This document shows, in pieces, positions 9,798-18,196 of a stretch of 64,000 nucleotides of DNA. The DNA is from Minisyncoccota bacterium. Its GTDB lineage: Bacteria > Patescibacteriota > Minisyncoccia > Phycocordibacterales > SBAW01. Each line of letters opens with the position of its first letter. Within the stretch, counting starts at the first letter, position 1. Under the pieces are notes generated by a model. The model did no database searches. It saw only the letters and a program-made list of their open reading frames with translations, and was not told where the DNA came from. Where the stretch lies: contig DASZRD010000006.1 in the NCBI GenBank assembly GCA_035549255.1, forward strand, positions 18,546 through 82,545. Reading direction: 5' to 3'. The translations under genes were made by a program, and so were the position numbers.

Positions 9798-10223
9798 TTA
9801 TTTCCCCGCGGCGTCTATAGCTTTGTTGACGAGTTCGTCGGCGTGGGCGTTCTGCTCTCTATATACATGCTTGAAGGTCATGTTGGGCGCATCTTCGAGG
9901 CGGATTTTCGCCACGCGTGCGAAGCGCTCTTTCATGCCGGGGTCCTTCACCTTGTAGATGCCCGAGAGCTGGCGCACGACCAGCTCGGAGTCCATCTGTA
10001 CCTCGACTTCCATATCGCGCATCGATGTACCAAATAACTTTTTACACTCCTCAAGCGCGCGGATGAGCGCTTCGTACTCGGCGACGTTGTTGGTCGTCTC
10101 TCCGATATAATCAGAAATTTCTTTCAATACTTCCCCGCTATCGCTCTCGATAACGGCACCAATGCCCGCAGGACCTGGGTTGCCTCTTGATCCGCCATCG
10201 GTATGAATAATGATTTTCTGCAT
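9798..10223 (-). CDS. rnhA: Ribonuclease HI
   Basis: 141 aa; IHTDGGSRGNPGPAGIGAV…NNVAEYEALIRALE…HADELVNKA are RNase H catalytic motifs. Confidence 0.9.
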   Translation of the reverse strand: MQKIIIHTDGGSRGNPGPAGIGAVIESDSGEVLKEISDYIGETTNNVAEYEALIRALEECKKLFGTSMRDMEVEVQMDSELVVRQLSGIYKVKDPGMKERFARVAKIRLEDAPNMTFKHVYREQNAHADELVNKAIDAAGK

Positions 10224-10290
10224 GGTTGCAGTATAGCGTAAAAGTAAGTACGATGCGGATGGAAGAAATTGTAAACCGCAGGAGGCGGAA

Positions 10291-10875
10291 ATGGAACTAA
10301 GAAAACGTGCCCAGGGCGACTATTGGATGAACGAAGCACCCATCACCGACTCATTAGAGGCGCTGCATGTATTGCGCGAGGAGTGGAACGACACAGGATA
10401 TCGCTATATCTCACTCAGGGAAGAAAAGCCAGAAATTCACCTAGGTTGGTTCAACGAGGGCGACAGCGGCGGAGCCACAAGCGGAGTCGATTATCTGGAA
10501 ATCGATCCGGCAATCGCAAAGAAACTGAGAGATGAGCAGTGGGTCGAGCCGCGCAGGATCCCACACTGGGGCTACACCGAGGTGAGGCAGGATCAGCTTG
10601 TCTTATCGCAATGGGGTAAGCGAGAGATGGAACGGCTTCTCGAGGAAGCCATGACATCTGTCCGCGCTCAACTGAAACCCGGCACACATTCTGAAAAGAG
10701 CGACGTCTTCAAGGATGCTGGCTACGGACGCGACCATGGGCGTTGGGGTGGACGGCTCTACTTCGACTTCAGGACTCCTGTTGGCGAAAAGGTTCGCATG
10801 TACGCCGACAACGGCGAGTTCACGCAGCTTGAGCCTGAAAAAATCAGTACTCCGCAACCGGTACCCGGCGCCTAA
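10291..10875 (+). CDS. Hypothetical protein
   Basis: 194 aa with balanced composition; a strong SD (GGAGG) lies 5-6 nt upstream; no recognisable family. Confidence 0.55.
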   Translation: MELRKRAQGDYWMNEAPITDSLEALHVLREEWNDTGYRYISLREEKPEIHLGWFNEGDSGGATSGVDYLEIDPAIAKKLRDEQWVEPRRIPHWGYTEVRQDQLVLSQWGKREMERLLEEAMTSVRAQLKPGTHSEKSDVFKDAGYGRDHGRWGGRLYFDFRTPVGEKVRMYADNGEFTQLEPEKISTPQPVPGA

Positions 10876-10890
10876 GGGCGCCGGACTTTT

Positions 10891-12546
10891 TTATATAATA
10901 TCAACCACTCTGATTCTTGGCTTGCCGCGCCAATCGTTCTCTATGTGGCCCACTACGTTGACGGTCACGCCTCCCATCGGCTTCTTTTCGAATGAGTCCG
11001 GGGTCGAGAAGAATGACACCCCCGCGATCTGTGTTGCGCCCTTGTTCATCATGATCTCGAGATGATCGTTCGCTTTGCCGAAGGCGCGCGTGCGCCCGAT
11101 CTGTACTTTAGGAAAAAGGAGTAGCGGCTTTTCGTTGCCGACACCGAATGGTGCGAGCTGCGAGAGCGCTCTGTTGGCGTGCGCGACTTCTTCAAGGCCG
11201 ACTTCCCGCTCAAGCACGGTTGAGGGTACCTCGCTTTTGGCAGCGCTTATTTTAATAAATGCTGCTTCGAGCTTGCTTCCCAGCTCGTGTACGCGGCCCT
11301 CCTCGACCGAGAACCCTCCCGACGCCGAGTGCCCGCCGAATTCGATAAACGCATCACGCGCGGCACTCATAAGCTCGACCAAGTTTACGTTATCCGGCGC
11401 GCGGCACGAGCCCTTGATCGTGTCACCGCCTTCCCGCCCCCAGAGGAAGACCGGCTTGTGATGCGCTTCAACAAGCGAATTAGCGACGAGTCCCAAAATC
11501 CCCGGCCGCCAATTGGGATTGCCCATCACGATGACCGAGCCTTCGGTTCCCTGCTCGGCCAAGCGCCGGTTCACTTCCTTGGTTGTCGCGGCGACCAAGC
11601 CCTTGCGCTCGTCGTTGATGCGGTTGAGATCGTATGCAAGCGCCTGCGCGTCTTCTTGCGACTCGGCAGCCAAGAGTTCGGCGGCCTTCTGCGGCTTATC
11701 CATGCGCGAGGCCGCGTTGATGCGCGGAGAGACCATGAAACCGATATCATCTTCGGTTAAGGTTGATGCTTTTATTTTGAGGAGTGCCAAGAGCGAAGCG
11801 AGCCCGGGCCTACGATTGCGGCGCAGCACGCGCAAACCGAAGTGCGCGATCATCCGATTCTCCCCCACCAAGGGCACCATGTCCGAGAGCGTCGAGATCC
11901 CCACAAGGTCGAGGAACCATTTCTCTTGGCCCTCAGCGATGCCATACCGCTCTTTACTCAACACGCCTTGAATGAGTTTCCAAGCAACACCCGCGCCGCA
12001 CAGGCCGTCGAAGCCGTACTTGCTCTCAGGATGCTTGGGGTTAATGAGCGCAAAGGCGTCAGGCAAGTCATGCTGCACGATGTGATGGTCGGTCACGATT
12101 ACATCAATTCCTTTTTTGTTGGCAAAAGCGATCTGCTCAACCTCGGTCGTACCAAGGTCGATCGTGATGATAAGCGTGATGCCTTGATTCGCAAGTTCTC
12201 CAATTCCGTCCTCGTTAAGCCCATAGCCTTCGGTATGGCGATGCGGAATGTAATGCTGCACGTTAAGCCCGATCGAGCGCAAAAATTGCGTGAGCATGAC
12301 ACCACCGGGTATGCCATCGCAATCGTAATCGCTCCAGACGCATACTTTTTCATTATTCTTCACTGCCAAGCGTATCCGATCGATCGCCTTCTCCATATCG
12401 GGAAGTAACATCGGGTCGCCGGAGTCGCGCTCAAAATCTGGCAAGAGAAATTGCTTCTGTGCTGCCTCATCCTCGACGCCGCGCGCAAGAAGCAGGTCTT
12501 GCAAGAGGTCATCATGCGCTCGCGGGCGCAAGGTGTAGGAGGTCAT
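10891..12546 (-). CDS. recJ: Single-stranded-DNA-specific exonuclease RecJ
   Basis: DHH motifs (VWSDYDCDGI, VTDHH) and a DHHA1-like C-terminus. The start is trimmed to the internal ATG (MTSYTLRPR…) so that it does not overlap the divergent HIT gene. Confidence 0.82.
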   Translation of the reverse strand: MTSYTLRPRAHDDLLQDLLLARGVEDEAAQKQFLLPDFERDSGDPMLLPDMEKAIDRIRLAVKNNEKVCVWSDYDCDGIPGGVMLTQFLRSIGLNVQHYIPHRHTEGYGLNEDGIGELANQGITLIITIDLGTTEVEQIAFANKKGIDVIVTDHHIVQHDLPDAFALINPKHPESKYGFDGLCGAGVAWKLIQGVLSKERYGIAEGQEKWFLDLVGISTLSDMVPLVGENRMIAHFGLRVLRRNRRPGLASLLALLKIKASTLTEDDIGFMVSPRINAASRMDKPQKAAELLAAESQEDAQALAYDLNRINDERKGLVAATTKEVNRRLAEQGTEGSVIVMGNPNWRPGILGLVANSLVEAHHKPVFLWGREGGDTIKGSCRAPDNVNLVELMSAARDAFIEFGGHSASGGFSVEEGRVHELGSKLEAAFIKISAAKSEVPSTVLEREVGLEEVAHANRALSQLAPFGVGNEKPLLLFPKVQIGRTRAFGKANDHLEIMMNKGATQIAGVSFFSTPDSFEKKPMGGVTVNVVGHIENDWRGKPRIRVVDII

Positions 12547-12567
12547 CGGAAGAAGTATACTAGAGGG

Positions 12568-12900
12568 ATGGACAACTGCATATTTTGTAAGATCGTCAGA
12601 GGCGAAATCCCCGCGCAAAAGGTCTACGAAGATGAGCATTTCATCGCCTTCCTAGACATTAATCCACGGGCCCCAGGACACACTCTTCTTATTCCCAAAC
12701 AGCATTACCAGTGGTTTATTGAATTGCCTGACGACCTATATATCGAATTGTTTAAAGAAACGAAGAAATTAGCACTTGAGCTTAAGGAAAAATACGCTGC
12801 TGATTATGTACAATTAGGTATCGTCGGGAAAGACGTTCCTCACGCTCACGTTCATCTTATACCCCGCCAACTAAACGACGCCAGCGTTCCTGCAGCTTAA
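12568..12900 (+). CDS. HIT-family (histidine triad) hydrolase
   Basis: MDNCIFCKIVRGEIP…HAHVHLIP histidine triad; an AGAGGG SD precedes the ATG. Confidence 0.8.
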   Translation: MDNCIFCKIVRGEIPAQKVYEDEHFIAFLDINPRAPGHTLLIPKQHYQWFIELPDDLYIELFKETKKLALELKEKYAADYVQLGIVGKDVPHAHVHLIPRQLNDASVPAA

Positions 12901-13973
12901 ACTTTCAACGGCTCAATACCCGGCAGTGTACCTTGTGCCAAGAACTCGAGCATCGCTCCCCCACCGGTCGAGAGAAATACTTTTTGCGGGTCGAACGTAA
13001 ACTTCGATACCGCTTCGATAGTGTTACCGCCGCCCACTACCGCACTAACACCACTCGTAGCGAGCGCTTCTGCAATCGCGTTCGTACCGGAGCTATAGCC
13101 CTGTTCGTAGAGGCCGGTAGGGCCGTTCCATAACACGAATGAGGCTTGAGAAATACGTTTAACCCACTCCTGCACGGTTGCCTCGCCGATATCAAATCCT
13201 ATTTCTCCATCAACAATATCGCCGATTGCTGCCGTGCGTTTGGTATGAGTTGATTGATTTTCAACCACAAGGTCGGTTGGCAAAACAATTTTAGGATTAG
13301 TGATGATCGCTTCCGGCGGCGGTGTCGCTGAAGAGACTACCGAGCCCACGCGCGAGCCACGCGCCTTCAGAAGTTCGTTAGCTATTGCACCACCAATGAG
13401 CAAAGTGCTGTATATCGAAACCATTTTTGTAAGAAGCGGAACTTTTGTCTCGAGCTTCGCGCCGCCCAAGATTGCGATCGCACCCTGGGGCGGTGTGAGT
13501 GCCTTCGAGAGATGCTCGACTTCTTTCTCCATAAGGAGCCCCGCATAACTCGGGAGAAACTTTGTGATGCCAACTGTGGAGGCGTGCGCGCGATGCGAGA
13601 CTGCGAATGCATCATTTACAAAAATATCCCCCTTGCTTGCGAGCTCTTTGGCAAATCCTTCATCGTTTGCTTCTTCGCGTGCATCGAAGCGCAAGTTCTC
13701 GAGCATCTCGATATCGCCCTGCACGTATTGCGCGAGCTGTTTCGCAAGTGGCGCAGTACGCAGCTCCTCAACCACTTTGCCGTCGGGCCGGCCGAGGTGC
13801 GTAAGCAGGACCACATGCGCACCGCGCTCGAGGAGAAGCTTAATCGTCGGCACCGCTGCGGTAATGCGCGTGTCGTCGGTAACGTTTCCCTCCTGTATCG
13901 GGACATTGAAGTCAACCCGCAGAAGTACGCGCTTATTACTTACGTCTGCATCACGCACCGATCTCATTTGCAT
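12897..13973 (-). CDS. pgk: Phosphoglycerate kinase
   Basis: RVDFNVP, a THLGRP-like segment, NDAFAVSHRAHAS and GGGA…GG motifs; 358 aa. Confidence 0.9.
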   Translation of the reverse strand: MQMRSVRDADVSNKRVLLRVDFNVPIQEGNVTDDTRITAAVPTIKLLLERGAHVVLLTHLGRPDGKVVEELRTAPLAKQLAQYVQGDIEMLENLRFDAREEANDEGFAKELASKGDIFVNDAFAVSHRAHASTVGITKFLPSYAGLLMEKEVEHLSKALTPPQGAIAILGGAKLETKVPLLTKMVSIYSTLLIGGAIANELLKARGSRVGSVVSSATPPPEAIITNPKIVLPTDLVVENQSTHTKRTAAIGDIVDGEIGFDIGEATVQEWVKRISQASFVLWNGPTGLYEQGYSSGTNAIAEALATSGVSAVVGGGNTIEAVSKFTFDPQKVFLSTGGGAMLEFLAQGTLPGIEPLKV

Positions 13974-14725
13974 GCCTGTAGTATAGCGAGAAATTGCTCA
14001 AGGTCAGCGCTTGCATGACCGACAAGAAAACCGGATACGCCGCTTTCTTTGACAAGCTCGGATGCATTCGCGGGCTCCACCGAGCCGCCGTAGAGGATCG
14101 GGACCTTGAGCGCCATCTTGCGGTCGAGCAGTTCCGCAAGCGTCTTTTTTATGAATATGACCATTTGCTGCAGGTCTTGCGGCTTCATAGCATCCTCCGC
14201 ACGCTTGCCTATGGCCCACACCGGCTCGTAGGCGACAACGAGCTTCTTCATCGCGCCCTTGGCTGAGTTCTTAAGCGCCGAGGAAAGCTGATCCTCGATA
14301 TCGGAAAAATGTTCGCCTTCGGCGCCGCGCTCACGCTCGCCGATGCATAACACCGGCGCAAGCCCCGCCTCCGCCGCGCGCAGGAGCTGCTCGCGCACGC
14401 TCGCCTCGCCTTCCCCGCTCGCACGGCGCTCGGAGTGGCCGACGATCACGAAGGAGGCGCCCGCCCACTTGAGCATCGTCCCCGAAACTTCGCCAGTGTG
14501 CGGCGCATCAGCGTGAGAAGAGAGCGCCTGTGCGCCCACTTCGACCGGCGAGCTCTCCAACACTTCGACCGCTTCGGGTATGAGCACGTAGGGGGGTGCA
14601 AGCCACACCTCGATGCCGCTCATGCCGCGGGCCCGCTTGCGCAGCCCCAGGAAAAACTCTCTCGCTTCCCGAGGATCGTCCATGTACATCTTCCAATTGC
14701 CGACGACGAGACGCTTTTTTGCCAT
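13964..14725 (-). CDS. tpiA: Triosephosphate isomerase
   Basis: VVGNWKM, GHSERR, AYEPVWAIG, YGGSV; overlaps pgk by 10 nt. Confidence 0.93.
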   Translation of the reverse strand: MAKKRLVVGNWKMYMDDPREAREFFLGLRKRARGMSGIEVWLAPPYVLIPEAVEVLESSPVEVGAQALSSHADAPHTGEVSGTMLKWAGASFVIVGHSERRASGEGEASVREQLLRAAEAGLAPVLCIGERERGAEGEHFSDIEDQLSSALKNSAKGAMKKLVVAYEPVWAIGKRAEDAMKPQDLQQMVIFIKKTLAELLDRKMALKVPILYGGSVEPANASELVKESGVSGFLVGHASADLEQFLAILQACK

Positions 14726-15025
14726 GGAGCAAATATACCATTCTGGGCCAAATACAAAAAACCGCCCCCCTCTTACGGGACGGTTTTTTGGTTCGCGGCC
14801 TTGGGGCTACAAACGGGTCGCTTCAATGGACGCGAGTCCCAGGACTCTTGGCCGTTGAAGTGTAGAGGATCCGTTTATAGCCCAAAAACCGCCATGATAC
14901 AGAAAGGCAACGGCAGCTTGCCATTCCGTTCCTCGAGACGCCGTACCAGCCCTCGAGTACTAAGAAGACAAGCTGCCGCGCCATCGCGCGCGAGGCCACG
15001 GAGGAGAAGCCTGCGCTGCGAGAGG

Positions 15026-15106
15026 AATTCATTCCCCTTTCAAATCTTCGAATTGCTTCAAAAACTTGAAAGGGGCAGCGATTGCAATAGTATTGATCCA
15101 TTGCAA
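15026..15106. repeat. Paired-hairpin module, copy 1 (CCCCTTTCAA…TTGAAAGGGG followed by GGCAGCGATTGCAAT…ATTGCAATCGCC)
   Basis: Two adjacent perfect inverted repeats; the same module recurs four times in a 1.1 kb stretch. Confidence 0.6.
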
Positions 15107-15119
15107 TCGCCACCGAATG

Positions 15120-15416
15120 CTAGGCGTTGTGGCACCATTTGCGATGCCTCTCGGCCTTGCGAGCCTTGGCGTCTCGGTAGCAACCCCTGTAAAAGGCCGC
15201 ATCGCGAGCATTATACTCGCGGATTTCCAGAGTCTTCGACCCGCAAACCAAAGCTGCGAGGAAAAGCCCCTGAAGGAATGCCAGCCACCGGTATTTGGTG
15301 ACCGGACCCTCTACGGAATAGTCATACTCGATCCAGACGAATTTCTCGGCCTGGTAGTACTTGCGATTCTTACTCACTTTATACTCCCTGCAGGGAACTA
15401 TTCCCCGTTCAAACAT
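15120..15416 (-). CDS. Small hypothetical protein B with one TM segment (start uncertain: ATG at 15416, or GTG at 15377 behind a GGGAG SD)
   Basis: ORF ends …AKARKAERHRKWCHNA; it is paralogous at the DNA level to the C-terminus of the next small ORF (GCCGAG.GGCAT…TGG…CAYAAC). Confidence 0.35.
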   Translation of the reverse strand: MFERGIVPCREYKVSKNRKYYQAEKFVWIEYDYSVEGPVTKYRWLAFLQGLFLAALVCGSKTLEIREYNARDAAFYRGCYRDAKARKAERHRKWCHNA

Positions 15417-15463
15417 TCGACAACTCAAATGCTTGAAAGGGGCGGCGAGACAGACTCGCCACC
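15403..15463. repeat. Paired-hairpin module, copy 2
   Basis: CCCCGTTCAAA…TTGAAAGGGG plus GGCGGCGAGACAGACTCGCCACC. Confidence 0.55.
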
Positions 15464-15478
15464 ACTGAACTCGAAGAA

Positions 15479-15697
15479 CTAACGATTGAATGGACGGAAC
15501 CTGTTATGGCCGCCCCAGATGCCAACATGCCGCTCGGCCTCGAGCGCTGAAGAAGCGAGCGAGGCAATATCAGGCCTCGCTACCTTGCGCCGCTCGGCTG
15601 GAGGAAGAGCGGAAGTTGCCGCTGAAGCGGCGTCCCGGCCGAGACGAGCATATCCGCACTGTTCACCTTGTTTGTTGAATACCAGTATCCGCCTCAT
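15479..15697 (-). CDS. Small hypothetical protein C (72 aa)
   Basis: A CAGGAGA SD lies 6 nt upstream of the ATG; MRRILVFNKQGEQCGYARLGRD…EAERHVGIWGGHNRFRPFNR; shares the ERH..W..HN C-terminal motif with ORF B. Confidence 0.45.
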   Translation of the reverse strand: MRRILVFNKQGEQCGYARLGRDAASAATSALPPAERRKVARPDIASLASSALEAERHVGIWGGHNRFRPFNR

Positions 15698-15734
15698 GCC
15701 CCATCTCCTGTGTTTGGGTATCAAGAATTGATAG

Positions 15735-15797
15735 CCCTTTCAAAACCTCCATGTAAGATGAAGGGTTTGAAAGGGCGGCAGATACATTGTCTGCCGC
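15735..15797. repeat. Paired-hairpin module, copy 3
   Basis: CCCTTTCAAAA…TTTGAAAGGG plus GCGGCAGATACATTGTCTGCCGC. Confidence 0.6.
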
Positions 15798-15828
15798 TCG
15801 AACGCCTCACTGTCAGAGCAATTGGACG

Positions 15829-15966
15829 CTACGCGAGTGAGATCTTGTATTCCAGACCGCGCGTGCGACACTCGTCGATGACGGCCTGGACGGTGCAGTT
15901 GAAGCCGACCCACGCCCGGTGCCAGCGACGGTTGCTGCCAATCTTGCGAACAGAGATCTTAATCAT
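15829..15966 (-). CDS. Small hypothetical protein D (45 aa)
   Basis: A GGAGAA SD lies 5 nt upstream of the ATG; MIKISVRKIGSNRRWHRAWVGFNCTVQAVIDECRTRGLEYKISLA; it carries a related RWHRAW.GFN motif. Confidence 0.45.
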   Translation of the reverse strand: MIKISVRKIGSNRRWHRAWVGFNCTVQAVIDECRTRGLEYKISLA

Positions 15967-16023
15967 GACACTTCTCCTCGAATTGCGACGAGCACCATGC
16001 TCGTCTTTGGGCCGCACAATGGA

Positions 16024-16084
16024 CCCATTCAAATACTCAAACTTTTAAGTACTTGAATCGGGGAGGGTTTTTAAGGAACCCTCC
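16024..16084. repeat. Paired-hairpin module, copy 4 (most diverged)
   Basis: CCCATTCAAATACT…AGTACTTGAATCGGGG plus GGAGGGTTTTTAAGGAACCCTCC. Confidence 0.5.
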
Positions 16085-16390
16085 GGAAACCTTAGAAGAG
16101 GTGCTGCTATGCAGTTGTCAGAGATCGGTTTACGAAAAAAGGCGATTGGGCAGTCCTCCTCCTAGAAGAAGTGTTCCCCAATCGCCTCTCTATATAGAAT
16201 GACTCCTATATAGGTGCTGATGGTTCGCTGCCTCCTCTAAAAGCTGCGTCCCAAACCTATGTGATCGTACCTGCTCTTAATCATACACCCTATTAGACAA
16301 TCTGTCAAGTATGTGTCTATATGATCTCCTGGTAGGGGTAAGAAGTGGCTCAAAATAAGGCTTTTTGTCCGCCTTGGCGTCGAGACGGGG

Positions 16391-18076
16391 TTATTCCCCG
16401 GTTGTTCCCGCTTGGGAGGCCCGAACTAGCTCTTCAACGCTCGTAATACCGGCCGCCGCCTTGAATAACCCGTCCTCCTCGAGAGTCAGCATCCCCTCTT
16501 CTCTCGCCTGAGCGAGCAGGTCATAGCCTGGAGCGTCTCTATATATAGAGTCGGCAAGAGCTCGGCTCGTCATACATACGCTCTGGAGCCCTACCAACCC
16601 GCGGTAACCGCCCTCGCACTCGGGGCAAGGATGCGCACGAGCGAAGAGGACTTCTTTCCATTGCATATCTTTTTCCACTATCCCTTCCTCTTTAAGAGCG
16701 GCGAGTACTCTGCCAAAATTCGCCAGGGGTTCGAGCGGCGCACCTTCCGCACGCGAGAGTCGATATTCTTCTTTCTCATGCGGGCAGAGACGCTTCACGA
16801 TATCGATCGCCACGATACCCTGGAGCGTGCTCGCAAACAACTTACTCGGGACCCACGCGCGCATGCGTTCAAGTGCAGCGACCGCCGATGGCGACTCGAT
16901 GCAGCCGATCACAAGCACGCCGCGCGACGCTGCCTGCACACACAGGAGCGCCGTGTCGTCGTCGGCAATAGAGCCGACAAAAATAATGTCCGGATCATGG
17001 CGCAGTACCGCGCGCAGCGCAGCTGCGGAAGTAATACCGAGGTCGGGCCGGATTTCAGTCTGCAACACATGCGGGAGGCGATGTTCGATCTCAGTTTCTA
17101 CCGTTGCGATCGACACCGCACGGCGGCCAAGTTCATCGAGCATCGTGTAGCCAAGTGTTGTCTTGCCAGCGTTCTCGCGGCCAGCAATGAGAATAAGCCC
17201 CGATCGTTTGGTGAGGAGCGTATGCACCGCATCAAGCGAGGCGCCATGAAAACCGAGTGACTCCAGCGCGAATCCTTTGCGTGTTTGATATACACGCCTG
17301 AGGTTAAGGAGCATCGACTCCCCGCTTGCCGTGGGGGCGCTATGTACGCGCACGTGGGCGGTCTCGCCACCAAACAGCTCCGTTGAGAACGATCCTTCCT
17401 GTGGCACATGGAGCGTGAGGGACATCTTTGCCAGATTCTTTATGCGCTCGAAAATATGCCCCGCCTCTTTGGGGAGCAGCATCGCTTCGTGCATGAGCCC
17501 CTCGATGCGATAGCGCACGAGGAGGCCTGTCTCGCGCAAGTCGAGGTGCACGCCATGCGCGTTGGAGAGGAGCGCATGAGCGAGGAGCGCATTGAGGGTC
17601 TGCTCACTCTGCGCCAGAAGAGACGCGAACTTTTCTTTGAGATATTTCTGATAGGTACGCAGGGTCTTGCGCAGAGACTCGGCAGTTGTGAGCCGTGGCA
17701 CGGGCACCAAGCCGTAGTCGCGCCGCAGGTAAGAAATCTTATCGAACGCATCGAGGTCGAGCATGGCAACCTCTACCCTGTTGCCTTCGCGGGCATACGC
17801 GACAATATTATGAGCGCGAGCAAGCGGCTCAGGAATTATAGAAAGCGTCTCGAAAGAGATCTGTTCCGGCTCGAGCTGGACGAACTCGACGCCCGATGCG
17901 TGCGCCACTGCACGACGCAACTCGTCCTCGGCGATGATTCCGCGCTTCACGAGCGCATCGTAGAGCGCCTCGCCCTGGCCGCTCTGCATGACATCGGCAA
18001 GCTGCGAGCGGGTTACAAGCCCATTGCCCACCAAAAAATCCTTAAGCGCCTTCTCTTCGACGTACATTGGCACCAT
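16391..18076 (-). CDS. pilB: GspE/PilB-family secretion/pilus-assembly ATPase
   Basis: 561 aa; N-terminal GSPII-E-like domain; P-loop GRENAGKTT (non-canonical: the usual form is GPTGSGKT); Asp/His boxes; tetracysteine CPHE…CPEC zinc motif. Confidence 0.82.
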   Translation of the reverse strand: MVPMYVEEKALKDFLVGNGLVTRSQLADVMQSGQGEALYDALVKRGIIAEDELRRAVAHASGVEFVQLEPEQISFETLSIIPEPLARAHNIVAYAREGNRVEVAMLDLDAFDKISYLRRDYGLVPVPRLTTAESLRKTLRTYQKYLKEKFASLLAQSEQTLNALLAHALLSNAHGVHLDLRETGLLVRYRIEGLMHEAMLLPKEAGHIFERIKNLAKMSLTLHVPQEGSFSTELFGGETAHVRVHSAPTASGESMLLNLRRVYQTRKGFALESLGFHGASLDAVHTLLTKRSGLILIAGRENAGKTTLGYTMLDELGRRAVSIATVETEIEHRLPHVLQTEIRPDLGITSAAALRAVLRHDPDIIFVGSIADDDTALLCVQAASRGVLVIGCIESPSAVAALERMRAWVPSKLFASTLQGIVAIDIVKRLCPHEKEEYRLSRAEGAPLEPLANFGRVLAALKEEGIVEKDMQWKEVLFARAHPCPECEGGYRGLVGLQSVCMTSRALADSIYRDAPGYDLLAQAREEGMLTLEEDGLFKAAAGITSVEELVRASQAGTTGE

Positions 18077-18196
18077 TTTACCACGCGCTTGACGAGTAAC
18101 TATGAAAAGAGTATCCTTTGAGTATCTGGTAACCGCCCCGAGTGGGTGGTTTTTTCTTACCCAGATTTCAACTCGCTACAAAATAACTACACGAAT

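Noticed and set aside
14435-15301. 288-aa plus-strand ORF
   Set aside because: Begins antisense to tpiA and runs through the hairpin modules; no start signal; Arg-rich.
15066-16048. Plus-strand ORFs 15066..15482 and 15668..16048 in the hairpin island
   Set aside because: Each reads straight through two hairpin modules and has no SD, whereas the minus-strand small ORFs have good SDs and stop just before the modules.
15026-16084. Possible CRISPR array
   Set aside because: The repeats are imperfect palindromic hairpin pairs about 60-80 bp long, spaced 330-380 bp apart with ORF-sized intervening sequence; this does not fit CRISPR repeat-spacer geometry.
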